Assembly: GCA_903813345.2 (NCBI GenBank)
Contig: CAIIXF020000001.1
Location: forward strand, 31,558,001 to 31,622,000
Direction of reading: 5' to 3'
Source of the DNA: Owenia fusiformis
Taxonomy: Eukaryota
Length of the DNA: 64,000 nt
Positions 25,201 to 45,130 of the stretch are shown piece after piece. How positions within the stretch are numbered: the stretch's first letter is position 1; each line of letters opens with the position of its first letter. The notes beneath the pieces are model-generated. The model made no database searches, was not told the origin of the DNA, and worked only from the letters and a program-made list of their open reading frames with translations. Made by a program: the position numbers and the translations under genes.

Positions 25201-28200
25201 AAAATCATTAGTATTTACAAAGTTATGTTACAAAAGCTGGGTGGCATTTTTTGTGTAGAATCCATGTGTGTCTGCAAAGAAATGGACGACATTTAGAGCA
25301 AATGTTGTAATGCTCATAAAAGACCCACTTGAGCTACACATCTGAAATTTCTTGACTGCTTTCACATTATGTTTACTTCAAATGTGCCAAAGGACATCTA
25401 TATGTTAATAGACAAACAAAGTTATTTTTTGTGTCACCCTGTACATGTACAGAATACACATACTTCTTTATTTTACAGAAAATGTACTATATGAGTAAAC
25501 GCAATTTATATAACATCAAATCAAAAAATCAAGACACAGTGAGCTTCCCTCTCCAATAAAATCTTTTAGTATTGATTTCATAGGGTCATTTGAAGTAAAA
25601 AATATTGACAACAACTAAACTAAGGATGTCTGATGTAACTTACTTGTTGGATAGTAGATAGGCTTGTGTTTTCCCAATAGATGGAAACATAGTCGTGGTG
25701 CTGACTTAAAGGGACTCTGGAACTTTGCATCATATATCCACCAGAAACGGGAGAATGTGGCCCATTGCTATAACATGTGGTAAACATTTATTTAACGATT
25801 TTAGAAACATTGACACACTCTCTGCTGCTATCAAATCAAATCAAATCAAATCAAATCCACTATCTACTTCTTTCTTGAAGGATGGACAAACAGACATATA
25901 GATAAAAGATAGGAGGATGGATGGACAGAAGAGTAAATGGTGATATATATTGGTTCACTACATGAACCCAAAAATGAACACAAAGATAGATTCATTACAG
26001 TCCAATACTACAAATTGTTCCCTGAAACATTCCCTGATAAATATAAACAATACTAAATAAACTACTGATGTGGGTGAATATGCATGTGGGTTTTGAAATT
26101 AGGTGACATGTCAATGTATAGGTGTATGCAGGGGCGGATCCAGGAACCAACAAGGGGGGGGGCCCAAATTCCAGGTCAGAGAAAAAACGTCCGCGCTTGC
26201 GCGTAAAAAAATTTTGGGCCCCTAAAATCCAAAAGTGGGCCCAAATTTTGAAATTTTGAGGCCCATTTTCTTCAAAATTTGGCCTGAAATTAACAAATAA
26301 GGCCTTAAAAGGCCCAGTAATGACCAAAAAGGCCCACTTTTTGGGGCCTGAAGGCCTTGTTTGGCCCAAAATTTTTTTTGGGCCCAATTTTTTTTTCTGG
26401 GCCCACCCAAGGGGGGGGGCCCGGGCCCCTGGGCCCCCCCCCTAATCCGCCAGTGGTATGTAATAATCTGCAAAAGGCTAACAACTAAGAATAAGAAGAA
26501 CATTTAAAACATATATATGACTAGCTCAACCTTATTCGAGTCTGAGATGGCATGTGGACCACCGTGCAGTAGTTAAAATGTTTGTCCTGGAAAAAAATAA
26601 ATTATAAACTTTTATTTTAAAAATCATAGTGAGAATACTTCATCGACTAGAATTGAAACGAACACTTAGCCTAACTGTCCTCTGTGAGATATTGCATACT
26701 TTCGACTAAAATTAAATCGAAGGTAAGCTCAACCAATTATGCTTAGTCAGCATACACATCTTTTGAACAGAAAGGAGCACGTAGGTTATCGCAAACAATT
26801 TCAAACGATTCTAACTTGAATTATGAATATTTTCTGATCATGAACATGGGTGTATCTTTTAGATCCATTCATTATCTTCAAGAACAGTATACTGTATATC
26901 GATATAATGATAATTTAGTTAATCAGACCTAAGTGATATTGAAGGGGCAATGGCCCAATCAACATACTTTTTCAAAAATGTTGACCTAATTTTTACCAAA
27001 AATGCAACCTTTTATTAAATTGTTGAATGCACAATTAGAATGTGCTTCGAGACATGTTCAATTTCCTAAAAGGAAAAAATTTGACCCATTTGAAATAAAG
27101 AATAGTAATGCATTAAACACTGTAAAAATGTTTGCATTTTTGGGTCGACATCTTTGAAAAAGTGTGTTGAGGGGTTGATTGCTAGTTAAATATCTCCGAG
27201 TTTGTTTGACTTTATTATTACTGTATATAATTTTCTTTGAGATAATGAATTGATATAAAAAGATAAACCTGTCTTTATTGTCAAAAAATAGTCACAATCC
27301 AAGATATAACCTTCTGAAATTGTTTGCGATAACCTACGTGCTCCTTTATCACCTCTTACCCATATATGCTTGAAACTTAGAAAAATTTTCATTTAACTTC
27401 TGTGTGAAAAACATGGGCTTTCAAGTACAATAGATACACTTAAAGGCCCATTATGCATATTTTCAACATTCTCTGGCAAAATAAAGACCTACTTTTAAAC
27501 TTCATAGTATTTCCAATGGATTAATGAGTATTTTATCTTTCATTGGACACAAAAACAGTTAAAATGGCCCATATCAAAGTTTACAATAAATTATCAAAAA
27601 GTATTTTTTTATATATCAAAATTTTACCAATATAATTGAAAGATGGCAAGGTTGTTTGTATCACACAATCCTTTAATATTCATAGAAGTGTCGCCATCTT
27701 TTCAATCAAAAGTTATTTAAACATGAACTTTGTTAAAATGCACATGCACTACTAAAGATCTCTGAACTTCAAATGGTGTTTTCTCTGTAAATTATTTTTT
27801 CTTGATTTAATACTAATGCAAATCAAACTTTGTATCATATTTAATTGAGTGTGTGAGTAACATGTTTCAATGATTATTTTATACTTTTTCTTCTAAATTA
27901 AGCATAGTGTGGCTTGACGCTACTTAATTTTCGCAGATTTGCTCAACTTCAAATATTGGCGGTTATCTAATTTGGCAGATTTAGGACTAATATTTAATTA
28001 TTAGTGTCACTACAACATTGTATTTACCTAGATATTGTCTTGAGTTATCTTGAAATAATGTAGAATTGACATTTTGACAAGTGCATGCATGGACTAAAAT
28101 ATCCACAGGGATTTTGCTAATTATATAATACTGTAGAGAAATATTTTTCAGACTCCAGTCTCTGAGTTAACAGCCATCAAAACTAATCTTGTGCCAATAC

Positions 28201-30956
28201 CATCCCAAAGTCGATGCCGACATTTTGAAATACTGGCTGATTTAAAGATTGAAGTGAATACCTCTGCAATTGATTGAGGTAAGAAGTACCAATATTTTTC
28301 AACTTTTGAAATATAATGTGTTGTTCTATTGTGTGCACACCAGACCAAAACGTAGAGATGGTCTTGGGACTAGATAAATCGAAACAAGCTAAACAAGGCA
28401 AAAATCTGTGAATAAAAAAGCTGTCAGTATTTTCATTTCTTATCTAAAACATGGATCAATTATGTTTCAAAGAAATTTTGACTGTCAAAAGGAAACTAGC
28501 CCCATGAATGTGAGGGTGGTTTGCCTTTTTCTTAATTTTGATATTTAGTGATAGCAAAACTCCCCCACAAATGTTAGCCATTCCAAATCTTGTAGTTGGA
28601 CAAAATAGTGGACAATTTCAAGACCTAGATATCAATGCTGAATAATTGCCAATATGAAGCATTGTTTCCAGTAATCAATCACTCTATTACATTGGGAAAA
28701 GTGTTTTATAAAAGAAAACAAGAGAATTGGTAAGGAAAATGCTGATAAGACCTGATTTTCATCTTCAATTCGTCAAAGTATGAAAGTATCCAACTAAAAT
28801 AAAATAAAATGGTGGACAATAGGAACAATTTCAAGACCTAGATATCAATGCTGAATAATTGCCAATATGAAGCATTGTTTCCAGTAATCAATCACTCTAT
28901 TACATTGGGAAAAGTGTTTTATAAAAGAAAACAAGAGAATTGGTAAGGAAAATGCTGATAAGACCTGATTTTCATCTTCAATTCGTCAAAGTATGAAAGT
29001 ATCCAACTAAAATAAAATAAAATGGTGGACAATAGGAACAATTTCAAGACCTAGATATAAATGCAGAAAAAAGGCAGATATGAAGCATTGTTTCCAGAAA
29101 TCAATCTCTTATTTACATTGGTAAAATTGTTTTGTCAAAGAAAACAAGAGAATAGGTAAGGAAACTGCTGACATAATCCTGATTTTCATCTTCAATTCAT
29201 CGAGGTATATCCTACTACACAATTTGGAATAGGTTTCAACTGTGGGTTACCTTATCAAAGTCAATAATTAAAGGGGCAACAAGGACTGTAGAGAGAAATT
29301 TCGAAAATTTTTATTTTTTTCTGGGCTATCAGGTCAATATTTGGCTTAACATCTTCTTTGACATACTGTAGATTGGGTTAATTTGGCGCTACTTAATTTG
29401 GCGATTTTGCCATTTTTGGCATATTGGCGGCTATTTAATTTGGCAGATATGCATTTTTTCATATTTTTGGAAAAAAACTAAACCAGAAGTGACCTAAATA
29501 CACTGGACGAAATACCCTAGATAATTCCCGGGGATTCATTCTAAATTTTGGGGAAGATTTATATTGGCGAATTTTTCAATTTAGCCAAATTAAAGCGGGC
29601 GCCAAATTAACCCAATCTACAGCTACCTATTTTCTTAAAATGTATGGACAAACTATCAATTTCAGCACTAAGAAGTGTAAATTCAGTTCAAAGCTTCTAT
29701 AAAGGGAGTCCCACTTTAAAATTTTTAAAATTCACCACGTTTCAAGAGGAATATCAGCTGAAATAATGTTCATCCAAGGGGTTTCTTTGTAGATAATAAA
29801 AATATATGTTATTCTTGATGAAATATCCAAACTTAAATATATTTTGACTGCACTAATTACCCAAATGCGAGTAGGTAGTTACCAGGTTCACCACCAGGTG
29901 GCTGATTCGGGTCAATTAACATGGCAGGTATATAAGAAAGTTCCCTTAAACTTGAATATTATCAATTTAAGTGGCTCAATTTTAATATAACCCTTATGTG
30001 TTTGATACTTATACTAATGAAAATATGTCCAGTAAAGCAAAATATTATCTGTCCACTAAAAGAAAAGATATTTCATTTTTTGTGATTTTATAGCATGGGG
30101 TCTATGGGGAATCTCCCCGAGCTAGAAGTCACATTTTCAAAGAAAATTAATTTTTCAAAGTTGATAAACACTTTTTAAAACCACATTTCTAGAAGTAATT
30201 TTACATGTAGATTTCAAATATGATATTACTTTGACTGAATTTTGAATTTGTAATGACGTAAATCAAGATTATTTCTACTCGCATCTGGGTTATTGTTGCA
30301 CCTTAAACAAGAACATAAATGTTAAAGTTACCCGCAAATGATAAATCTCCCTCCTAAAATCTTGTCTGCGTTTTCAGGTTAACCGTTTTCAGGGTCAATT
30401 TTTAATTTTCAGGGATGATTCTTAGTATCAAAATCTTGGAAATGATAAACCCATACAATTGGCGATCTAACAACATAAAAAGAATTCTTAAATACTCTGG
30501 AATGTATCGAGGTAGGTCATTTAATAGTGAAAGCGTAGTTCATTCTCCGACATTGTAGAAAGACAGGCTTACCAATGAATCGGGCGTACGACCACAATCT
30601 AAAGTGGTCGGTAGGATACGATAACGTCGGTACAATGAGGTGATCCCAAAAAATCGGCCATCACCAACCAGCCTAATAATTTGGGCACTGTAAATTTACT
30701 ATATAACATATGTACATCATTCCCACATTCACAAACCATTGATAAAAAAAATCAAACGAAATTTTGTAATAGCTCTAGTCTAAACATTGTGGGCGATAAT
30801 TCTAGAGCTATTAATTAGCCTAGGTTTGGAAGTTACAATCTTTAGGCGCACTAAATCTCTCCGTAAATTGTAAATGACGACGAGAATATACAATAAAACT
30901 GATCCATGCAATCTTAGCTATAATTCAAATGTTACCTGCACTCTCTTCATAGACAT
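16244..30956 (-). CDS. MRPL13: Mitochondrial ribosomal protein uL13m, 7 coding exons, 208 aa
   Basis: Minus-strand exons 30936-30956 (MSMKRVQ), 25644-25767 (QWATFSRFWWIYDAKFQSPFKSAPRLCFHLLGKHKPIYYPT), 24196-24289 (SDVGDHIVVINTKHIAM...FHHTG), 23877-23937 (YPKGFSKTRAWEVHEADPTR), 23406-23492 (IMRLAVRGWLKGNLDRPKVMERLHCFPEE), 22718-22839 (DVPEEILKNV...FPRLIEW), 16244-16361 (PEEY...DTFR*). All GT-AG with consistent phases; uL13 motifs GKHKPIY, GDHIVVIN, HTGYP. Confidence 0.96.
17818..18292. mobile_element. Old Tc1/mariner-like MITE nested in the foldback element
   Basis: ta|cagtaaaatctctct...caggtttcactg termini; shares the ggagtcaatggga motif with 38383-39120. Confidence 0.5.
19989..20646. repeat. 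Internal inverted repeat (MITE-like), arms of about 230-300 bp
   Basis: aaaggaggactgaaagtatcgcaaca... at 19989 matches the reverse complement of ...tgttgcgatactttccgttctccttt ending 20646. Confidence 0.7.
21025..21585. mobile_element. TTAA-target insertion (Kolobok-like) nested in the foldback right arm
   Basis: ttaa|agggt...accct|ttaa; removing it restores ggacttgtttaaaacctttaacttcc, the uninterrupted unit seen at 21761-21786. Confidence 0.85.
24370..24802. mobile_element. TIR MITE (atgcgagtag...ctactcgcat termini)
   Basis: Inverted termini; a homologous copy in opposite orientation lies at ~29857-30291. Confidence 0.75.
24870..25441. mobile_element. Tc1/mariner-like MITE
   Basis: gtgacacaaaaaa...ttttttgtgtcaccctg|ta termini with a degenerate internal inverted repeat. 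Confidence 0.55.
26129..26455. mobile_element. GC-rich MITE with 5-bp TSD (gtatg)
   Basis: gtatg|caggggcggat...atccgccagtg|gtatg; shorter inverted relative at 34003-34205. Confidence 0.8.
28610..29205. repeat. 213-bp tandem repeat, about 3 copies (first two near-identical)
   Basis: aagacctagatat at 28620, 28833 and 29046. Confidence 0.9.
29272..30303. mobile_element. TTAA-family MITE (copy 2, inverted) carrying two nested MITEs at 29366-29622 and ~29857-30291
   Basis: Termini aggggcaacaa...ttgttgcacct. Nested ctgtagattgggttaatttggcg...cgccaaattaacccaatctacag sits in a TA. Comparison with the copies at 12173 and 55297 gives the empty sites. Confidence 0.82.
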
Positions 30957-30959
30957 TAT

Positions 30960-31140
30960 ATCAGGGAATCATTAATTTTTATAACGAGCACACTTTTCAA
31001 GACTGCAACTCGCTCTAGCTAACCGGAAGTAAAATCTGTGCTTGCGTAGAAAATAATTATTCTGAGAAGTCGAGAACATTTCGACATTTATTTGTATGTT
31101 ACAACAATACTACACTATCCAGACGATTAACACGGTAACC
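30960..31140. promoter_or_regulatory. Putative bidirectional promoter MRPL13 / Lifeguard with ETS (GABP-type) motif CCGGAAGT at 31023
   Basis: MRPL13 ATG at 30956 (-); motif seen directly; plus-strand donor-like cacg|gtaacc at 31134/31135 could end a 5'UTR exon. Confidence 0.5.
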
Positions 31141-31430
31141 GAACAAAGGGTAATATATCTTTTATAAAACCAAAGAATTGTCATATTACTTTCTAACGTA
31201 TTGTAGATCCAGTGGCAAAATCAAAGTGAAACTGAATCTGTTCTGTGATTTGGAATCTGTCAGTGTCAGAGTGTCACTGTCATTCAACAACAGCAAGTCA
31301 AATGATCATGAATCATTATAAGACAGGCATGCATTTACCTTCTTCTGAGGCTTCCACTTATTACGGCCTGATCATGAAACAATTGCTTCGTATGTGGTGT
31401 TAGTTCATATGTCCGCTCTCGCTAGGCTTT

Positions 31431-33066
31431 TACTAAACGGAGTGGCTCCAGGACCGACAATTGTCGGTACTGGAGACTGTCCAGGGGTATTTGCTGGGGT
31501 ACCGACAATTGTCGGCACTCTATCGCACCTAGTAGTGTCAGATAGAGAACCGACAATTGTCGGTACGCAAGTGGCTGCTGCGTGTTTTTGCTAGAGAGCC
31601 GACAATTTCATAAATAAATCCACTACTTAAATAACCCATATAACCTACCTCACTGGTAGTCTAGTGGTTAGCGAGCACGACTCAAACACGCTCGGTCCCA
31701 AGTTCGAATCCCGGCAGGGCCTACTTTTTTCTTTTTTGGGGGGCGGGGCATAGTGCTTCTTTTGCAGTATGGAATCGTACAGGCATTAACTTGTAGTGAG
31801 CCATAACTTATTTCGACAAAAATTGATTCAACTTCCATCAAAATTGTCCTACAAGCTTCAATTAAAAAACATTTTAAAGCTCTTTTCTTGTTCTATCTAA
31901 TGGGTCGATATATACAATTAGGGGAGGGGATGCTTTCGCCCCCGTCGACCTCTACCCTTACTACGCCATGGCACAGGAGAAATATCTCATTTGGAATATA
32001 TCACTGTTTACTTTGCGTTTGGTAGCTCTCTCATGCGAGATGGAATCGTGGCCATTAACTAAGGGAGCCAAATGCAACTTCCATCAAAAATTGTGCTATA
32101 AGGTATGAGTACCGTAATCCAACACCAAATTCGAAAATTCATAACAATACTTTGCACATATGGCGTTCGTGACCAACTATGAAACGCTTACCCCCCATAG
32201 TGTTATATATCAAAATGCACCTGTCCATATAGGGGTTCGATTGCATCAAATTATAGGGAGTCAAGTTACTTTTTGAGATATCAGCGTCCGTTTATTGTAA
32301 CTCGCGTTTGCTACCACTTCCTCAATTCTGATATGACGGGCAAACGCGTAGTAAACATGCTCACGTTCGGAACTATTATGACCTACATCGCTATTTTCGT
32401 AATTCAAATGAAAGTTGAACTCCTCTTTATTTTGATACCTCTTTATTTTGATACCAAATAGTGGCATACTAGGTACCCTAGAAGCCAACTATGGGATATT
32501 TAGAATGATACCACAGGTTTTTAGATGGACTATATAGGGGTCATATCTTTTGGCGGATGGATATGGAACCTCATACCATACGATAAGCTCTAAATAAAAA
32601 AACATTCTAGCTATTTTCTTCTATCTAATGGGTAGCAAACGCCCCTTTCTACGCCTGATCGGCTCAGGAGAAATATCCTGTCTGTTTAGAATATATATAG
32701 CCGTTTACTCTGCATAAATAACTCTCTAACGTCTTACTTGTTAATGTTTTTTTATTGGGTTTTCAACGTTTACTACCATTCCCTGTTCCCGGGCTACCAT
32801 TTTTTGACTGGGTTTGGTAATCCCCGGGGCTAATGCCCTCCCAGGGTTTTGCACTTGTTCCCAAAATATCCGTATGATATCTGAAATATCCCCCCGCGCA
32901 TTGCGCATGCGCCAGAAAATTCGAAAATCAATATTTGTCGGTCCTCTAGCGTGTAAACACAGCATATCTCCCGTACCGACAATTTATTTGTCGGTCCTCT
33001 AGCGTGCCACCACATCAGAGTCTAGAGTACCGACAATTGTCGGTACTCTAGCCTTTACGTTTACTA
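31431..33066. mobile_element. Putative non-autonomous DNA transposon with subterminal palindromic repeats (accgacaattgtcggt)
   Basis: Palindromes at 31454, 31502, 31550 (half copy 31599) and at 32976 (interrupted) and 33030. Outer ends roughly inverted (ttttactaaacg / cgtttactaaaa). Confidence 0.6.
31650..31730 (+). pseudogene. tRNA-derived sequence (tRNA pseudogene or SINE-type head) with A box, B box and oligo-T
   Basis: A box tagtctagtgg 31657-31667, B box gttcgaatcc 31702-31711, T6 at 31725-31730. D and T stems pair poorly, so not called a functional tRNA. Confidence 0.6.
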
Positions 33067-33361
33067 AAAGTTTTAGACTGTGGCCCAGCACTCTATTTAG
33101 CTCCCACCACACCCTAATAATTCGCTATTGAGACATTTTGTTCTGCAATTTAGGTTACTCTCATAAAAATCAGTGAAGTGCCTTTGGTAGAACATGGGTC
33201 TCAAATGTGATGAAAATGACACTTTTTGCAAATTTCAGACTATTTTTAATATGGTAGTGAATTGGCGTCAGAAAATATTGTAGGGGGAGATCTAAACGTT
33301 AATGGATTTGGCTGAAATTTTTTTGTGCTTGTTTTCCTCTACCAGGAGGCCAAATGGGCAA

Positions 33362-33877
33362 AACTTACCTTCTTCTAAGGCCACTGTATCGTGGCCTTCC
33401 AGTACAGATATATTCCTGCATGAACAACTGGTCATGTCGTAATCATAAAGTTTGAAATCATATGTCCCCCATTTTTCCACATCACAATTTGAATTGCGAG
33501 TTTTGGTCTTATTACCTCACCAAAATTTCCAAAACACACATAAAGTGATCAGTGTATTAGTTCACATCTTCTGGATCGCTAACTTAGAATTTACAGCCAG
33601 TTACTAATGTCAGACGTTAACGACATTTCGTCCAGTTTTCGAACATCGCCATTTTTCTTGGAGCCATTTTGTTTTAATTTTAGACGAAATCTTGATGAAA
33701 TCATGTCATATCTCATCAAGGAGCTGAGCTGGGTCCGGTTTGATTAATAATTTATTTATCTGGCGATTTTTAAAATATTCAATAAATTTATGACACCACG
33801 GCCAGCTTTTTTCAAATAGAGTTCACAGTATTCCAGATGAAATCCCCTAGCCAAGTATTGGCTAGAGACTCGAGTAA
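33362..33877. repeat. Dispersed ~515-bp repeat with terminal hairpin (copy 1)
   Basis: Highly similar in reverse complement to 62059-62571; end carries ctagccaa-gta-ttggctag then agactcgagtaa. Confidence 0.85.
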
Positions 33878-34002
33878 GGCAAAACTCCATCTTGATCTGG
33901 AAAAAAGTCGAAAAGTGAATCCCCTATACACCTGCTTTGGTATTGTTCGCGAATATACCCCGGGTGAAATGTAGACTTTGTTCATAGTTTATAGAAGGCA
34001 TG

Positions 34003-34205
34003 CAGTGGCGGATCTAGGGGGGGGGGCATGGGGCCTTTTTGGTCATTACTTGGCCTTGTAAGGCCTTATCTTTTAATTCCAGGCCAAATTTTGAAGAAAT
34101 TGAACCTCAAAATTTCAAAATTTGTTTCCACACATGCGCGGAAGTTTTTTTTCTCTGACCTGAGATTTAGCCCCCCCCCCTTGTTGGTTCCCAGATCTGC
34201 CCCTG
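34003..34205. mobile_element. MITE with 5-bp TSD (gcatg), same family as 26129-26455
   Basis: gcatg|cagtggcggatct...agatctgcccctg|gcatg. Confidence 0.8.
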
Positions 34206-35528
34206 GCATGAATACAGTCATGTTCAAATACCTAATACAAATTTTTTTTGCAGACAGGTGACAATGTATGTAAATTAGTTCAAATCTTTTGAATTGCTTT
34301 TTGGAATTTACGACCAGTTATTAATGTCAGACATTAACAACATATTAAAATTGTTTTAAAAATGTTTTATCAAAATAAAAAGTAGGGACATTTGTTTGGC
34401 TCATCCTGTAGATGACAAAATACTTTCATAGTCAGGCAACATCAAAATTAATACAGTTTTCATTATGATTTGAAATAGCATATCGCACATTTAGCTTACT
34501 TAGTTAGTTGCTGGTACTGCTCCAAACTTACACATAGCTTCTTCTGTCCCATTTCAAGCAGATCAAATGCATCTTCAGGTCATTGTGAACTACTCATTGA
34601 ACTGTCTATAGCCCATGTTGACTTTTCTGCTAATATCTGCAGTGGGAAAGTTCTCTCTTCATGAATTGCATCTCATATTATCTTAGTGTTCTTGTCTGTC
34701 TGTGAAGTCTTTTTGCGACCATATCGTGGATGATCTTCAACAGTGACCCTACCTTCCTCAAATTTACAATACCACCAGGTTTGTGTAAAAAACTGGTAAC
34801 CAATAGCCAGCTGACTGGATACCTAACATTTCTAGCAGGGTTAAGAATTGATTTCTTTTATGCCCAAGATGCATCTACATTTTATGTTAAACCACCCAGC
34901 CAACCAAGAATCCAAGCAACAAGCCACCCTTCTAGTTGACATCTAGCTACCTCAACATACCAGCCATCCAACCAATCAAGCAAGCAACTAACCAACTAAT
35001 CTGTCAAAAATCAATCAATGTATTGTTTGGTTGGCTGGTTAGAATTAGGCTCTTGGTTGCTTTGTTGTTTGGTTGGTTAGGCTCTTGGTTGTTTTGTTGT
35101 TTGGTCAGTCAGCTAATCTTGGCTTGTTGCTTGTTTTGATTTGGTTATTAATTTCATGCTGGTTGATAAGGTGGTTGTTAGCTTCTTTCTAGTAGGCCAT
35201 GAGAGAGTTTGACTTGATGTGGCCTCATACGTTTTCCTTGAAAATGTTGACGACCAATCAAAACAATTACAGAGATCAGCTGACCAATGAGATTGTTTTG
35301 AAGACTATGAAAATCTTGATGGACATCTTTATCTTAGCCTAATTGGGGTCATAAAACTAAATAAGTTGATACTGTACCACTTGAGACAGAGTTTACAACT
35401 AATGACAGTGACAGTACAATATGTAACACATGTAATGTTTCAACATTAAGGGCAATAAATCACACTTACACATGTTTTCCAGGAGGTGCATATTAAAGAA
35501 GCAGCACATTAAGGTTGCCGAATACAGC

Positions 35529-43724
<8,196 letters not shown>

Positions 43725-45130
43725 ACTGATGGATACAGACTGTGTAGAATAGGATAGTGAACAATGTATACAGAATAGGGGAAATAGGCAATTCCAACTG
43801 TGATACATTGAATGGGACGCCATTTTTATTTATTCAAGCTATGTGCTATAGTCTTGTAATTTTGGAAAAGTACCATAGTACTTTAATTTAACATATGGTA
43901 AGCATTAGACTTAAAGGGGAAAACTAAGTATAAAAGGAAGATTGAACAGCCTAAATAACTGTTGAAAATATTTGAATCGCTGGAACCAGTAAAAATAATT
44001 TGTTTTTGCCCATGTCTTGATTTCTTGAAGTACAAGATAATCCAAACAGTCAATTCAAAGCCATGAAGAAGATAACTGTGATATCAGATCTGAGAATCAT
44101 ATAGTATATTTCAAGCAATCTCATATTTTTCATCTGATCTAACATAATATACAGTATTACATAATACCCCCCCCCCCCCCGGGTGCTTCAATATAAATAA
44201 AGTTTTCCTCTTTCATGTCTTTAGGTATTTAATGTAAGATGGAAGTGGTCACATATTGTTGTATATATAGGGACCCATTTAGTGTTACAAACCTGAAAGG
44301 TTTATTTGAGATCTAATTTCTGGTATATCAAAAAATAATGTGTATTTATGAAGTACTTGAATATGAATGTAGACAAAATATAACCAAGTAGCACATAATG
44401 TCACAGATTAGGCCACAATGCAAAAAATACCACCAGTCAGCTTTAGACTTTATTTACATATACATGAACTGTACATTTCTTGGCTATTACATGCATCATG
44501 TAGTGGCCACTGGCCACCATGGGGTAGGTGTGTATATTCTAAACCATTCACAACTTAAAAAATATTCTTTCTTTGAGGCGGAAAATAAAGTTGTTGTTTT
44601 TAAAATAAATTTTGCTTTCTTGCAGCCAAGTCTTGCCATGTGGATTTTTTATCATGTAAGACTTTAGTTGGCCGAAGCATTAAGTCACATTCATTCTTTC
44701 AAATGGCATCTTCAGTTTAATCTTAATATTATGCGTAGAATGACTGATTCACTTAGACCTTTAACACCGAGCCTTTTATGCTGATGTATGTACATATAGG
44801 TATAGCCATTAGCCCTCCTTAGCAGGATAAGCATAGATACTAAAAGTTTATTTACACTCGAAAGGTGCATCATTTTTCACTCTTTGTACATTTTATGGTA
44901 TTTTTACTATTGATTAATATAAAAGTAAATACAATGAATGAAAGTTTTGTTTTTTCAGTGTGTTTCCATATCACCTCTCACCGTCAGTGTATAAATGGTT
45001 GTATGAAGGCTTTCTGTAAAGATGGATAAATAGATGGCAGTAGTGGTTGAGTCAAATCGACAAGATATCTATTAAAATATAACTCTGAGTAGACTCATTA
45101 TTGTAGTATCAATCTGAGACACTATTGTAA

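Noticed and set aside
25995..26503. 130-aa and 93-aa ORFs
   Set aside because: They lie across a GC-rich MITE inside an MRPL13 intron and show no recognisable domain.
27440..27915. Another TTAA-type MITE
   Set aside because: Terminal similarity is too degenerate to support a call.
31453..31610. Bona fide CRISPR array
   Set aside because: Only 3.5 short repeats, no cas genes, eukaryotic intron-rich context, and the motif recurs at the far end of a putative element.
31650..31725. Functional tRNA (Leu-CAA or Sec-UCA)
   Set aside because: D, T and acceptor stems do not pair properly, and there is no long variable arm as required for Leu or Sec tRNAs.
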